DNA from: a virus
Lineage: Duplodnaviria; Caudoviricetes
Virus record (IMG/VR): IMGVR_UViG_3300027769_000041
Span: 1-52,124 of that record
Direction: 5' to 3' (one strand)
DNA length: 52,124 bases
The number at the start of each line of letters is the position of its first letter. The stretch's first letter is position 1. Positions 1 to 9,002 of this stretch are shown one piece after another. The translations under genes were made by a program, and so were the position numbers. Under the pieces are notes generated by a model. That model made no database searches and was not told where the DNA came from. It saw only the letters and a program-made list of their open reading frames with translations.

Positions 1-355
1 CGCCAACGCAAAATAACATTTGCGATGCAGAAGAATTATTAAGGTAAAACCATCCTTCACAAGTAAATGCTGAACCCGGAGCGAATTGGTTAGTAATTCC
101 GCTGCTTATTTTTATTGAATCTCCAGTTCCATCAAAATAGTTGCTCCACCCCGTCTGACTAAACGGGCTAAACGAGCCTTGGGTGGTGTTCCCGTTGCGC
201 GTGATGGTGAAGTTGTTGGTAGACGAGTCCAAGAACGTATTGTTCTGGCCACCATTGGTGCCATCGCCGTGCAGCAGCGAGGTGACCGAATAGAAGTAAG
301 GATCGACGGCAGGTGCCTGACTTCCGCCCAACAGGATCTGAAGAATACCGCTCAT
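1..355 (-). CDS. Tail fibre / LamG (ConA-like) domain protein, runs off the left edge
   Basis: Not in ORF track. Manual translation from ATG at 355: MSGILQILLGGSQAPAVDPYFYSVTSLLHGDGTNGGQNNTFLDSSTNNFTITRNG...FTCEGWFY, open to the edge. LLHGDG...DSS and FTxEGW are typical of phage LamG fibres. TAATG coupling to the upstream gene. Confidence 0.8.
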   Translation of the reverse strand, partial: MSGILQILLGGSQAPAVDPYFYSVTSLLHGDGTNGGQNNTFLDSSTNNFTITRNGNTTQGSFSPFSQTGWSNYFDGTGDSIKISSGITNQFAPGSAFTCEGWFYLNNSSASQMLFCVG

Positions 356-846
356 TAACTGACGTTCCCGTTGACCACGCAAACAGTGCCTGAGATGAAC
401 AATATCGTTGCAAGACCTCTCGTTGCCAACGTCATCGTGGCTTTGTCGGAGTCGGTTCCCGCAATGTAAGCCGTGGTGATGGTGCAGGTAATCGTGATGT
501 TTCCCGAGGTGTTGTTGAAGATCGACACCACGTTACCGGCTGAGAACACCGCATCGGGGATTACAATAGAACCGCCTGACCCGACCTGAACGAAGTCACC
601 ATTGTCACCAATGGCTAAGGTGTACGAAGTGGTCTTGGCACTACCCGACTGCGGAACGCTTCGCACGTTACCTGCACTGTCTGAAACAGAACCGCCACTG
701 ACGTTGAGATCCCCGTTAGCCATCGTGACATCTTGTGTCGCGTTGATGGAGATTGCGTTCGTGCCGCCCGTTTGAATATCGAGCGTAGCAGTGCTGTCGC
801 CTGTTGAGACGATACCGCCAGTAGTTGCGTTAATTACGTTAGGCAT
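355..846 (-). CDS. Putative tail/tail-fibre-associated structural protein
   Basis: 163 aa, Thr/Gly/Ser-rich beta-type composition, in the tail cassette. Confidence 0.65.
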   Translation of the reverse strand: MPNVINATTGGIVSTGDSTATLDIQTGGTNAISINATQDVTMANGDLNVSGGSVSDSAGNVRSVPQSGSAKTTSYTLAIGDNGDFVQVGSGGSIVIPDAVFSAGNVVSIFNNTSGNITITCTITTAYIAGTDSDKATMTLATRGLATILFISGTVCVVNGNVS

Positions 847-863
847 AACACTGCACCTTTAAT

Positions 864-1238
864 TTAAACGGTCGGGTTTCCTGTACTAGGAATCCAAGAT
901 TGAGTGGCCTCGTCCCAAGAATACATTCCGCCATCAGACGGCATAGGTACAGGGGCTTCCCACTGAGCCGTGCTGGAGTTCAGCACCCACGACGGATAGG
1001 GCTTTGGTGGTACGAATGCGTCGATACTTGCATCGTAGGTATAGCCGACTCCGGCGTAGTTCTTACGGATGTTCCCGTTGTAGGAAGTCTGTTTCCAGTT
1101 TCCACCGAGCAACTTCTGACAGAACGCCACGCCGATGCTCTCGACCTCGGTGCCATGGGCATCCGATGTATCCTTATTGGCTACAACGATGACGCGCTTG
1201 ACGACGTTGTTATCATCTAATTCAGCAAAATGAGCCAT
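864..1238 (-). CDS. Conserved phage protein of Gly-rich tail fibre cassettes (possible fibre assembly protein)
   Basis: MAHFAELD...WKQTSYN...RKNYAGVGYTYD...F.PPKPYPSW motifs; GGAG RBS upstream. Confidence 0.75.
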   Translation of the reverse strand: MAHFAELDDNNVVKRVIVVANKDTSDAHGTEVESIGVAFCQKLLGGNWKQTSYNGNIRKNYAGVGYTYDASIDAFVPPKPYPSWVLNSSTAQWEAPVPMPSDGGMYSWDEATQSWIPSTGNPTV

Positions 1239-1239
1239 A

Positions 1240-1842
1240 TCAATTCTCCAAATGCAAAGCGGTCAGGCTGCTTTCGTCACCAACGTAGCCGACCGGAAAA
1301 GTGTTAAACGCCAAAGATACGCGATCCTCGCCCTGCACGGTTTCCACCATGTGCGTGAGATTTGACGGAAACAGCATCAAGTCACCTGCGCCTACCTCAA
1401 ACCACCACGAGTCGCTGTTGTACACGTTGTAGTTGTCGGTCGGCAGTTTGACCTGCTGATAGCCGTCTTTGTAGAAGTAGATTTTATCCCGCTCCCGCGC
1501 TGCCTTGAGGTACAACACACCCGACACAAACGAGTTGGGATGCGCGTGTTTGTGGTGGTACTGCCCCGCCTTGGTGTAGTTCAGCCACGACTGAGTAAGC
1601 CGCATCGACACTTCATGCTTCGGGGCATAGATTGACTTCAGGTACTCGTTGACCGAATTCTCTGCAAACTCTTTCAGGCTTGCCATCGTGTCGTGACGCA
1701 GCACATAGCGGTCATCGCTTGTGGTGTTGCCTTGATTGCTGTGCATCGGCTGCTCGTCTACGAACGTTAGTTCCTCGGCAGAAAAGTCTCTACCAAGTTC
1801 AAATTTGGCAACCGCCGTGGGGAATAGGTTGTAAGTAATCAA
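1240..1842 (-). CDS. 2OG-Fe(II) oxygenase superfamily protein (TIGR02466-like)
   Basis: SWLN...HHKHAHPNSFVSGVLY...GDLMLFPSNLTHMV...RVSLAFN: HxH...H metal triad and RxS 2OG-binding motif. Confidence 0.85.
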   Translation of the reverse strand: MITYNLFPTAVAKFELGRDFSAEELTFVDEQPMHSNQGNTTSDDRYVLRHDTMASLKEFAENSVNEYLKSIYAPKHEVSMRLTQSWLNYTKAGQYHHKHAHPNSFVSGVLYLKAARERDKIYFYKDGYQQVKLPTDNYNVYNSDSWWFEVGAGDLMLFPSNLTHMVETVQGEDRVSLAFNTFPVGYVGDESSLTALHLEN

Positions 1843-2090
1843 GCAGCGTTAGCCTGTTCAATTTGAGCAACGTAGTCTTCAAAAGCCTTTTGCTGTTCAG
1901 GAAGCAGGATCGTCGGCACAGCGTCCTCAAGTTCCTTGATCTTCTCCACCGTGAACATGACCTCGTCCCACGACGGTTTCGGGCGCGGGTCATCCCACCG
2001 CGTAATTTCGCGGTTGCTGATTTCCCACTTTGCACCGGGACGCAGCAAGTGCATCGCCGTATCAATGCCCATTAATTGATATGTTTTCAT
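1839..2090 (-). CDS. XkdW/YorD-like tail fibre chaperone
   Basis: LRPGAKW...WDDPRPKPSWDEV motif; directly downstream of the tail fibre with a 4-nt overlap. Confidence 0.6.
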   Translation of the reverse strand: MKTYQLMGIDTAMHLLRPGAKWEISNREITRWDDPRPKPSWDEVMFTVEKIKELEDAVPTILLPEQQKAFEDYVAQIEQANAA

Positions 2091-4600
2091 GTGAAATTGA
2101 CCTTGACAATTACGATGCCGGAACTTCCATTGCCACCCGTTGTGCCGCCGCCGCCGCCGCCACCGCCGCCGCCACCGCCGCCACTCCCGGTGTTTGCATT
2201 TGGCGCAGACGCACCATTGGTGTTTCCGCTTGCGCCAGTACCGCCAAGTGACGAACCTCCGGCACCGCCAGTAATTGACCCGCCAGCACCGCCGCCACCG
2301 GCATAAGTTACAGAAGAACCAGAAATCGAAGAAGCTGTGCCACTTCCTCCAGCGCCGCCCACGCCGCTACTACCATTACTACCAACAGCATTTGCGCCGC
2401 CACCGCCGCCACCGCAACTATCAGGAGAAACACTATTTACGCCATTACCACCGTTATTTCCTTGAGACGGAGAAGTAGATGGGGTATTTCCTGCATAACC
2501 CGTTGTTGATCCCGGCGCATTTGTGTATCCACCACCGCCGCCGCCAGAACCGCCCGTGCTTCCAGCGCCATTAAACCCTGATCCACCACCGCCGCCGGTC
2601 GATGTAATGGTAGAAAAAACAGAATCGGAGCCTTTACTTCCTCCGGCATAAGCAGCACCGCCGCTGGCTCCGCCGCCGATAGTTATTGTGTAATCAGTCC
2701 CGGCGGTAACTGATAAACCAGAACCGACGCGAAACCCGCCAGCGCCACCACCGCCACCATTTGCGTATGTTGAACCAGCGCCGCCGCCGCCACCGCCCCC
2801 CGCTACAACGAGGTAGTCAACGCTCACGGCACCAGCAGGAGCAGTCCATCGCTGTGATGACTTGAACGTGAAGATTGAGGCAGAGCCGAGGTTGTATTTG
2901 AGGATGACGATGCCAGAGCCGCCAGTACCGCCGGGGCCGTCAGTTGCTGGCGATGCCAAAAATCCACCGCCACCGCCGCCGCCGCCTGTGTTTGCCGTCC
3001 CGTTTGAGCCTGCTGCGCCGTTTGCGCCGCCGTTTCCACCGCCGCCCGTGCCACCTGTTCCAGCGGGTTGACCGCCTGCGCTGTGATTACCACCACCGCC
3101 GCCGCCTGCGTACGTTACAGATGAGCCAGAAATTGATGATGCTGTGCCGTTACCGCCACTTCCCGGCGTATTAACATTTGGTGCGTTTGCTCCCACCGCG
3201 CTTGCGCCGCCGCCACCGCCTGATGCCGCAGATGCGGTCCCAGCATACGATCCAGAACCGCCATTATTGCCTTGCGATGGGGATGTAGATGGAGTGTTAC
3301 CTGCACCACCCGTAGTTGCGCCAACCGGAGATAAAACCCCAGAACCGCCGCCACCAGACCCACCACTGGCCGCGCTTGCAGGCGCACTGGCATTATAAAA
3401 ACTTGCACCGCCACCACCACCAGCGGATGTTATCGTGCTGAATACGGAGTTGTTACCACTTGTCGCAATCGTGCCTCTGACTGTTGCACCAGCGCCGCCA
3501 GAACCCACCGTAATGGTGTAATCGGTTCCGGCTGTTACTGAAAGCCCAGTACCAGTTCTAAACCCGCCTGCGCCGCCACCGCCGCCAATCGTATTTCCAC
3601 CACCCGCACCACCCGCGACAACGAGATACTCAACCTCGCTGACACCGCTCGGGGCAGTCCAAGTGCCGGTAGAGGTGAACGTGGCTACGACAGACTGTAC
3701 GGGTACGGTGTACTTGAGGATGACGATGCCGGAGCCGCCGTTGCCACCCGCAGGGCCATTTGCAGCCCCACCGCCACCACCGCCTGTATTAGAAGTTCCA
3801 GCAGTTCCAGCGGCAGCATAAGGCGCAGTTGCGTTAAATCCTCCCGCTCCGCCACCGCCAGCACCACCCGCTCCAGCATAAGGAGCAGGGCCACCATTGT
3901 AGTTTGCCCCGCCACCGCCACCGCCTGCGTAAGTAACGGACGAGCCAGAAATTGATGACGAAGTGCCAGCGCCTCCCGCGCCTCCGGGCTGATTTATTGC
4001 GCCGGTTGACTGCCCTGCTGCTGAGGCACCACCACCACCGCCACCTGTTCCGTAGCCGGGGCCACTGTTCGCGCCGCCATTGTTTCCTTGAGACGGGGAA
4101 ACAGCCGGAGTATTACCTGTGCCGCCGGAAGTATTGTAGTAACCCCCGCCACCACCGGAACCACCATTTTGTCCAGTTCCGCCACCACCTCCGCCACCGG
4201 TTGAAGTGATCGCGTTGAATACGGAGTTAGAGCCGTTGCCTCCGGGGTTTGATCCACTGCCTGTGCCGCCTGCACCAACTGTAATCGTGTAGGTAGAGCC
4301 GGGCGTAACCGTCATACCGGTTCCAGTGCGCATACCTCCAGCACCGCCGCCTCCGCCATATCCAGTTCCGCCTGCTCCTCCCCCCGCTACAACAAGGTAT
4401 TCAACGCTTGTCACACCAGTCGGCGCAGTCCAGTTACCGGATGCGGTGAAGATTTTGTATTCGGTATAGCCAACGACAGGCCATGTTCCCGCAGCACGAT
4501 ACGGAAGGATCTGGCTCATCAACCAGACTCCCTTTGCAGAACTAGCACTAACTGTAGGCGCAGCCGCTTGAATGACTCCGCCTGTGTAGCGAAGCGTCAT
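2087..4600 (-). CDS. Glycine-rich tail fibre / receptor-binding protein with three repeated modules
   Basis: 837 aa; three modules, each starting F..(S/T)..WTAP.G...V(E/D)YLVVAGG and ending SGIVI(L/V)K. Confidence 0.85.
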   Translation of the reverse strand: MTLRYTGGVIQAAAPTVSASSAKGVWLMSQILPYRAAGTWPVVGYTEYKIFTASGNWTAPTGVTSVEYLVVAGGGAGGTGYGGGGGAGGMRTGTGMTVTPGSTYTITVGAGGTGSGSNPGGNGSNSVFNAITSTGGGGGGGTGQNGGSGGGGGYYNTSGGTGNTPAVSPSQGNNGGANSGPGYGTGGGGGGASAAGQSTGAINQPGGAGGAGTSSSISGSSVTYAGGGGGGANYNGGPAPYAGAGGAGGGGAGGFNATAPYAAAGTAGTSNTGGGGGGAANGPAGGNGGSGIVILKYTVPVQSVVATFTSTGTWTAPSGVSEVEYLVVAGGAGGGNTIGGGGGAGGFRTGTGLSVTAGTDYTITVGSGGAGATVRGTIATSGNNSVFSTITSAGGGGGASFYNASAPASAASGGSGGGGSGVLSPVGATTGGAGNTPSTSPSQGNNGGSGSYAGTASAASGGGGGASAVGANAPNVNTPGSGGNGTASSISGSSVTYAGGGGGGNHSAGGQPAGTGGTGGGGNGGANGAAGSNGTANTGGGGGGGGFLASPATDGPGGTGGSGIVILKYNLGSASIFTFKSSQRWTAPAGAVSVDYLVVAGGGGGGGAGSTYANGGGGGAGGFRVGSGLSVTAGTDYTITIGGGASGGAAYAGGSKGSDSVFSTITSTGGGGGSGFNGAGSTGGSGGGGGGYTNAPGSTTGYAGNTPSTSPSQGNNGGNGVNSVSPDSCGGGGGGANAVGSNGSSGVGGAGGSGTASSISGSSVTYAGGGGAGGSITGGAGGSSLGGTGASGNTNGASAPNANTGSGGGGGGGGGGGGGTTGGNGSSGIVIVKVNFT

Positions 4601-4974
4601 TAGTTAATCTCTTCCCAAGAAGCAGTAACTACTAAATCATTTGCCGCACTAGCAATCGCACCGATTGACTGATTTTCCTTCAGGTAGATCGAAGTGTTCT
4701 TGTCAATGACCACCAACGTCGCGTCAGCAGGAACAGATACCGTTGAAGCCAACGCGAAAGCCGTGCCGCCAAGAGCAGCCTGACTGTAGATGTTGATAGT
4801 GATGTCAGCGTTGCTAGTGCCATCCACGTTCGCCACGATGAGGCTATTGATCTTGTAGACCTTACCGCTAGATGCAGCGTTGCTCACGATGCTCGTTGCA
4901 CTTGTGGTGCTGAGTGCCGTTAATGAGTTCTCGCCGTATATGGCGCTAACGCTGACGATATTTGGGTTAGCCAT
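4600..4974 (-). CDS. Virion structural protein (tail-associated)
   Basis: MANPNIV...IVANVDG...ASTVSVPADATLVVIDK motif; TAATG coupling with the tail fibre. Confidence 0.7.
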   Translation of the reverse strand: MANPNIVSVSAIYGENSLTALSTTSATSIVSNAASSGKVYKINSLIVANVDGTSNADITINIYSQAALGGTAFALASTVSVPADATLVVIDKNTSIYLKENQSIGAIASAANDLVVTASWEEIN

Positions 4975-4978
4975 CTAA

Positions 4979-5506
4979 TCAACCTCCGAACACAATCGCC
5001 ATTGCGATTGCTTTGCCGACAGTAGCGATAGTACCGGCACCGCTGCCCGTTGTTGAACCTAACAACAACCAAGTCTGTCCACTAGGCACAGTCACATCAG
5101 CGCCGGGAGCGAGAGTAACAGGTCCTACACTCACGCCATTACGCCCTGTTGTCAGAGTGTAATCGTCGGCGATGGTATTCAGACTCTCCAAAATTGGCCG
5201 GTTGGCCGCGTACGCAGGGAGGTCACAGAATACGTTCTTAGTACCCGCTGAGAAATTAACCAAACTGCCGCTGTTGGATGACGCAAGAACCACGCTACGA
5301 GCAAGGGTCGTACCCGATGCCGTATACGTACCGATACCCACTTCCCATTCGGTTAGCGTTTGATGCGCTATGGTGTAGTAGGTCGTGTTCCCGTTGCCGA
5401 TAGCAGCAAACGACTGATAGCCAGTCACAGCCCCATCTAAGGTAACCGTGCCGGTACCAATAATCTGCGAGGTTTCGTTTACTCGGTCAGCGAGTATAAG
5501 GGGCAT
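4979..5506 (-). CDS. Virion structural protein (tail fibre anchor-like)
   Basis: MPLILADRV.ETS...GTGTVTL.GA..GYQSF...WEVGIGTY; ends GKAIAMAIVFGG. Confidence 0.7.
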   Translation of the reverse strand: MPLILADRVNETSQIIGTGTVTLDGAVTGYQSFAAIGNGNTTYYTIAHQTLTEWEVGIGTYTASGTTLARSVVLASSNSGSLVNFSAGTKNVFCDLPAYAANRPILESLNTIADDYTLTTGRNGVSVGPVTLAPGADVTVPSGQTWLLLGSTTGSGAGTIATVGKAIAMAIVFGG

Positions 5507-5507
5507 T

Positions 5508-5684
5508 TTAGACCCCTGTCAGTTCGTCTTCTGCAAACCACCGCTGCTGGATCTTGCCTTCAATGTCAGTCCACTCAACGAGGCAGTAGATAACACCTTC
5601 CTCGTCCATGCGGAGAGCAAGCACAGGGCCTTGCGGATTGACGGCTTGAACCTTAACGGCATCGCCTTTTTTAAACTTAGCCAT
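5508..5684 (-). CDS. Small protein, DUF2158/YodC-like (58 aa)
   Basis: Below the ORF-track cutoff. MAKFKKGDAVKVQAVNPQGPVLALRMDEEGVIYCLVEWTDIEGKIQQRWFAEDELTGV; AGGAG RBS; fills the gap. Confidence 0.7.
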   Translation of the reverse strand: MAKFKKGDAVKVQAVNPQGPVLALRMDEEGVIYCLVEWTDIEGKIQQRWFAEDELTGV

Positions 5685-5693
5685 GACTACTCC

Positions 5694-6275
5694 TTACGCC
5701 GCGTCGAGGCTGAACGTGTAAGTGACATTGAGCGTGTCACCCGATGCCACAGTTCGGTCGCCGGGGGATTGGAAATCCGATGCTGAGAACAGGATGCCCG
5801 TCGAGCCGCCCTTCGTGTTGTTACTCACGAGGAAAGCACCACCAACCACCGATGAGGCATTGATGTTGAACTGCGCCGGGGAACCCGAGTTCGTGATGAT
5901 GGACGGGTCAGCCAAAGACGCCGCGCCAAACGTAGCAGCCGGACGAGTCGCGTTGCTATACGGAGTAATCTCAGTCCAGCCGGGGTGTATAGCCATCGTG
6001 TCCGAGCCTGACGGAGTGTTCGCAGCACCGGCACCATACAAGCCAAGGTACCAAGCCGCCGTATAAGTCGTGCCCGTGAAGTACTTCGTATTCATGTCCT
6101 GCAAGCCCACATCAACCACGAGGTTGTGCGACTCAGCCGACCACTTCAGGTTACCGTCCTTATCCAAGCACTCGATGCGGTACACGCCACCAGCCGAAGC
6201 CTTAGCGGTCGAACCGAGAGCTTTCTCCAAAGCAGCGCCTACTGCATCTGCTGTCTTAGCCTTTTCGTTAAACAT
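5694..6275 (-). CDS. Virion structural (tail) protein
   Basis: 193 aa; NLVV..G...WYLGL...W.E...Y....R pattern; AGGAG RBS. Confidence 0.7.
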   Translation of the reverse strand: MFNEKAKTADAVGAALEKALGSTAKASAGGVYRIECLDKDGNLKWSAESHNLVVDVGLQDMNTKYFTGTTYTAAWYLGLYGAGAANTPSGSDTMAIHPGWTEITPYSNATRPAATFGAASLADPSIITNSGSPAQFNINASSVVGGAFLVSNNTKGGSTGILFSASDFQSPGDRTVASGDTLNVTYTFSLDAA

Positions 6276-6287
6276 CTCAATAACTCC

Positions 6288-6704
6288 TTAAGTGAAGCGT
6301 AGCAGCGCAGAGTTCGACGTGTTCGGGGGCATCTGCACCGTGAACGTGCCACTAGCCGTCTTGTCCGCGCCAAAACTCAAGACAGCGATAGATTTGTTGC
6401 CCTTGCTCACGTTGTAGATCAAACCGCCAGCCGCAGTGAATGTAGCCGGAGTCCATACAACGTTATTAAAGGTGACGTAAACGATACCATTCGATGCACT
6501 AATCTGTGCGCCGGTAATGATCTGACCACCTGCGGAATAACTCCCGCCAGACACTTCGGCAGTCGTCGTGTACACAGTCGTATCCTCGTTGATGTTAGAG
6601 GCCGACGTATACAGCGCCATCTTTAGCGTATCCGTAAGCAGGTTGTGGACGCCTTGTAGCATCTCCTGTCGGAAGCTAATCGTTTGTGTCTGAAAGATAG
6701 CCAT
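6288..6704 (-). CDS. Virion structural (tail) protein
   Basis: SF..E.L.G.H....LKMALYT...Y..GG...LIYN...L.FG pattern. Confidence 0.7.
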   Translation of the reverse strand: MAIFQTQTISFRQEMLQGVHNLLTDTLKMALYTSASNINEDTTVYTTTAEVSGGSYSAGGQIITGAQISASNGIVYVTFNNVVWTPATFTAAGGLIYNVSKGNKSIAVLSFGADKTASGTFTVQMPPNTSNSALLRFT

Positions 6705-7345
6705 TAGCTAGTTACCGGTATGCGAACCTGACCACTGCGGTACGAGTCACGACGGTTCAAGCCATCGCCAAGGCGCATCAACTGTTGCATCGCTTCCTGA
6801 TACTTCTGCTCGTAGTACTGCATCATGTCGGCTTCACCCTTTAAGTAGGTGTATGCCTCGCGCAGTGATCCGTACAACAGAACAGTCTCGTAGTTGTCGC
6901 CAAGCCACGTGGTACCCGCCGTCACGATTGACTGAGGGATGTAGTAATAGTGCATCTCGACCTGATACGCCAAATCCGGGGTTGGCCCCAGAATGAACGT
7001 GTTGTCGTCAAAGATCGCATAGTACTTAGGCTTACCCTGATCGTCCGGGTCCGGGTACGACTGCCGGATGAAGTTCACATCCTTATCCAGCAAGAACTCT
7101 TGGGCATTGGTAACTGGGTCAATCGCCGCCAACGAGAACGTCGCCAACCAATCGGAAGGCAACGTCAGGTACTTATTACCAATCGTCAGTGTACCGATCT
7201 GGTTACGCCGGATGGCCGGGATCTGAACCGTGTTGTATACGCGCTCTTCTGCAAGTTGAACGAACGTAGGAATGTTCGCTACGAACGACGTTTCCGTGGA
7301 TTCGCAGTACTGTTGTATCAACGTTGTAAGAGTCGCGTAGTTCAT
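6704..7345 (-). CDS. Head-tail adaptor / tail tubular protein
   Basis: MNYATL...I...IPTFVQLAEER...G.PKYYA...LGPTPD..Y...LLYGSL.EAY pattern. Confidence 0.75.
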   Translation of the reverse strand: MNYATLTTLIQQYCESTETSFVANIPTFVQLAEERVYNTVQIPAIRRNQIGTLTIGNKYLTLPSDWLATFSLAAIDPVTNAQEFLLDKDVNFIRQSYPDPDDQGKPKYYAIFDDNTFILGPTPDLAYQVEMHYYYIPQSIVTAGTTWLGDNYETVLLYGSLREAYTYLKGEADMMQYYEQKYQEAMQQLMRLGDGLNRRDSYRSGQVRIPVTS

Positions 7346-7351
7346 CGACTA

Positions 7352-7540
7352 TTAACTCCAGCCAGCGCGGACCTTGCCGTTGTTCTTGAGATTGATCTGT
7401 GACACGAACTTCTTACCCTTCGTGGCAGCGCCAGCACCACGCATATCCATGTGCGTAACGCCTTTGTTGACATCCTTCTCAGGGTAGCCGTTCTCACCGG
7501 TCGAATCCGTGTTCGGCTTAATCTTGCCCATATCTTTCAT
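7352..7540 (-). CDS. Small basic phage protein
   Basis: 62 aa; MRGAGAATKG motif; GAGG RBS. Confidence 0.65.
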   Translation of the reverse strand: MKDMGKIKPNTDSTGENGYPEKDVNKGVTHMDMRGAGAATKGKKFVSQINLKNNGKVRAGWS

Positions 7541-7545
7541 GATAC

Positions 7546-7728
7546 TTACCTCGGGCCGCTGCTCTTACGAACAGGACTACGCTGATTCATGACTTTCGCC
7601 ATATTACGACCGTACTTCTTCATTTCGCTGTTGGTCTTGCCACCGGCCCGGAAGCCTTTAGCATTTTTACCGTGAGCCTTGTTCGCCGGAAGTTTGGCGT
7701 GTTCCTTCAAAGTCATAGCCATTTTCAA
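7546..7728 (-). CDS. Small basic protein with FxxGG motif
   Basis: K/R-rich; KGFRAGGKT; AGGAG RBS. Confidence 0.65.
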   Translation of the reverse strand: MKMAMTLKEHAKLPANKAHGKNAKGFRAGGKTNSEMKKYGRNMAKVMNQRSPVRKSSGPR

Positions 7729-7733
7729 TTCTC

Positions 7734-8105
7734 CTAACTAGCCGTTACATCGCCCACTAAACATTGGGCTACTAAATCATTCGGGGTAAGCCCCGCGTCG
7801 TCGGCCCTAGCACCACCAATAGGTGCCCAGCCCCATTGAATCATTCTACTACCACCCGCGCCATTATTGCCGGGTTCAAAATAGCTCAAATCCGGACGGG
7901 GATTCCGTAGGGCCTGCGGGTCATCGACAGGGTAAAGACCGAGCGACAACTGCGGTTGGTCAGGTTCCCAACACTCCGCGCAAACCAAGATATTGACGTT
8001 CTTGGTCTTGATAACGAGAGACTTTAACTGCCGAAGTTTGAACCGGAATCCACACCGGTCGCACTCCGCAATCGCATGTTTGCCACTCGCAAAGCGATTA
8101 GGCAT
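7734..8105 (-). CDS. Zn-binding (CxxC...CxxC) late protein
   Basis: ECDRCGFRF...VCAECWEPDQPQL...DPQALRNPRPD. Confidence 0.75.
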   Translation of the reverse strand: MPNRFASGKHAIAECDRCGFRFKLRQLKSLVIKTKNVNILVCAECWEPDQPQLSLGLYPVDDPQALRNPRPDLSYFEPGNNGAGGSRMIQWGWAPIGGARADDAGLTPNDLVAQCLVGDVTAS

Positions 8106-8106
8106 C

Positions 8107-8832
8107 TCAGTACCCGCCTAAGAACGACTCTCTCGGAACAAACCGAACCGCAGCCTTTTCCCGATCCTCGCCCGCTGCCAACTCCCAAGCCTCGTCATAC
8201 TGAGTCTTCAGCATAACCGTGCGGGCTTCCGCGCCGGGGATCTTCATCGACAACATATAGGCCAGACCCGCCACCATGCAGGGCAAGAACCGGAACGGGA
8301 TATCCTGCCCATTCACACCATTACCGGGGTCCTGCATCCGTCGCAAGCGCGTGTAGACGAGGGTCCAAGTGGTCGTATTATCCGGCTTCGGCCATACCGT
8401 GAACTGCGGATATTGGATAACGTTGGCAGCGTTGGTCGCACCCGTCTTACGATTGATCCAAATCTGAATCGGGCGGCCCGTCGCATTCTTGTTCGGAATG
8501 GACAGGTAGGTGCTCGACGAGATACGGGTAATGTTAATGTCCTGCTGATTCGTACCGGAACCCGTTCGGATCACGTGGTCAAGCAGGTCAACCGTATCTA
8601 CAGGCAGGTCATAAGTGCCGACGTTGTAGGTCAGAACCTGCGAGCCTTCTTCCAAAGTCCACAGATTGATACCACGGTTGGCCCAGTCCATCAGCAAAAG
8701 GGCAAGACTACGCTTAGCCGTACGGAACTCATATCCGGTACGTAATTCTGCACCGCAACGCTCGAAAGCCTCCTCCACAATCGTGTTGAGGTCGAGATTG
8801 AAGTCAGTTGTAGCTGTAGTCTTGTCAGCCAT
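8107..8832 (-). CDS. Head-tail adaptor / tail tubular protein A-like
   Basis: IVEEAFERCG...TAKRSL.LL..DWANRGINLW...GRP.Q...WP.PD...FLPCMVAGLAY...YDE....A..ED. Confidence 0.75.
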   Translation of the reverse strand: MADKTTATTDFNLDLNTIVEEAFERCGAELRTGYEFRTAKRSLALLLMDWANRGINLWTLEEGSQVLTYNVGTYDLPVDTVDLLDHVIRTGSGTNQQDINITRISSSTYLSIPNKNATGRPIQIWINRKTGATNAANVIQYPQFTVWPKPDNTTTWTLVYTRLRRMQDPGNGVNGQDIPFRFLPCMVAGLAYMLSMKIPGAEARTVMLKTQYDEAWELAAGEDREKAAVRFVPRESFLGGY

Positions 8833-8987
8833 TACCGGCCCATCTTCTTGTTAAACAACTCAAACAAGGTCTTGATCTTCTCTTCGACCACGGCAAGACG
8901 GTTATCCATCTTAGCAAGTAGTACGACCAAGGTGATAAACCCTAAGAAGATAGGCCACGCCTTGATTAGAAGTTCAACGGTTTCCAT
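8832..8987 (-). CDS. Small membrane protein, holin-like (51 aa)
   Basis: Below cutoff. METVELLIKAWPIFLGFITLVVLLAKMDNRLAVVEEKIKTLFELFNKKMGR: one TM helix plus coiled coil; TAATG coupling. Confidence 0.6.
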   Translation of the reverse strand: METVELLIKAWPIFLGFITLVVLLAKMDNRLAVVEEKIKTLFELFNKKMGR

Positions 8988-9002
8988 AGCTACTTCTTCC
9001 CC

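Noticed and set aside
1-4600. Diversity-generating retroelement acting on tail fibres
   Set aside because: No reverse transcriptase and no TR/VR pair differing at adenines seen in the window.
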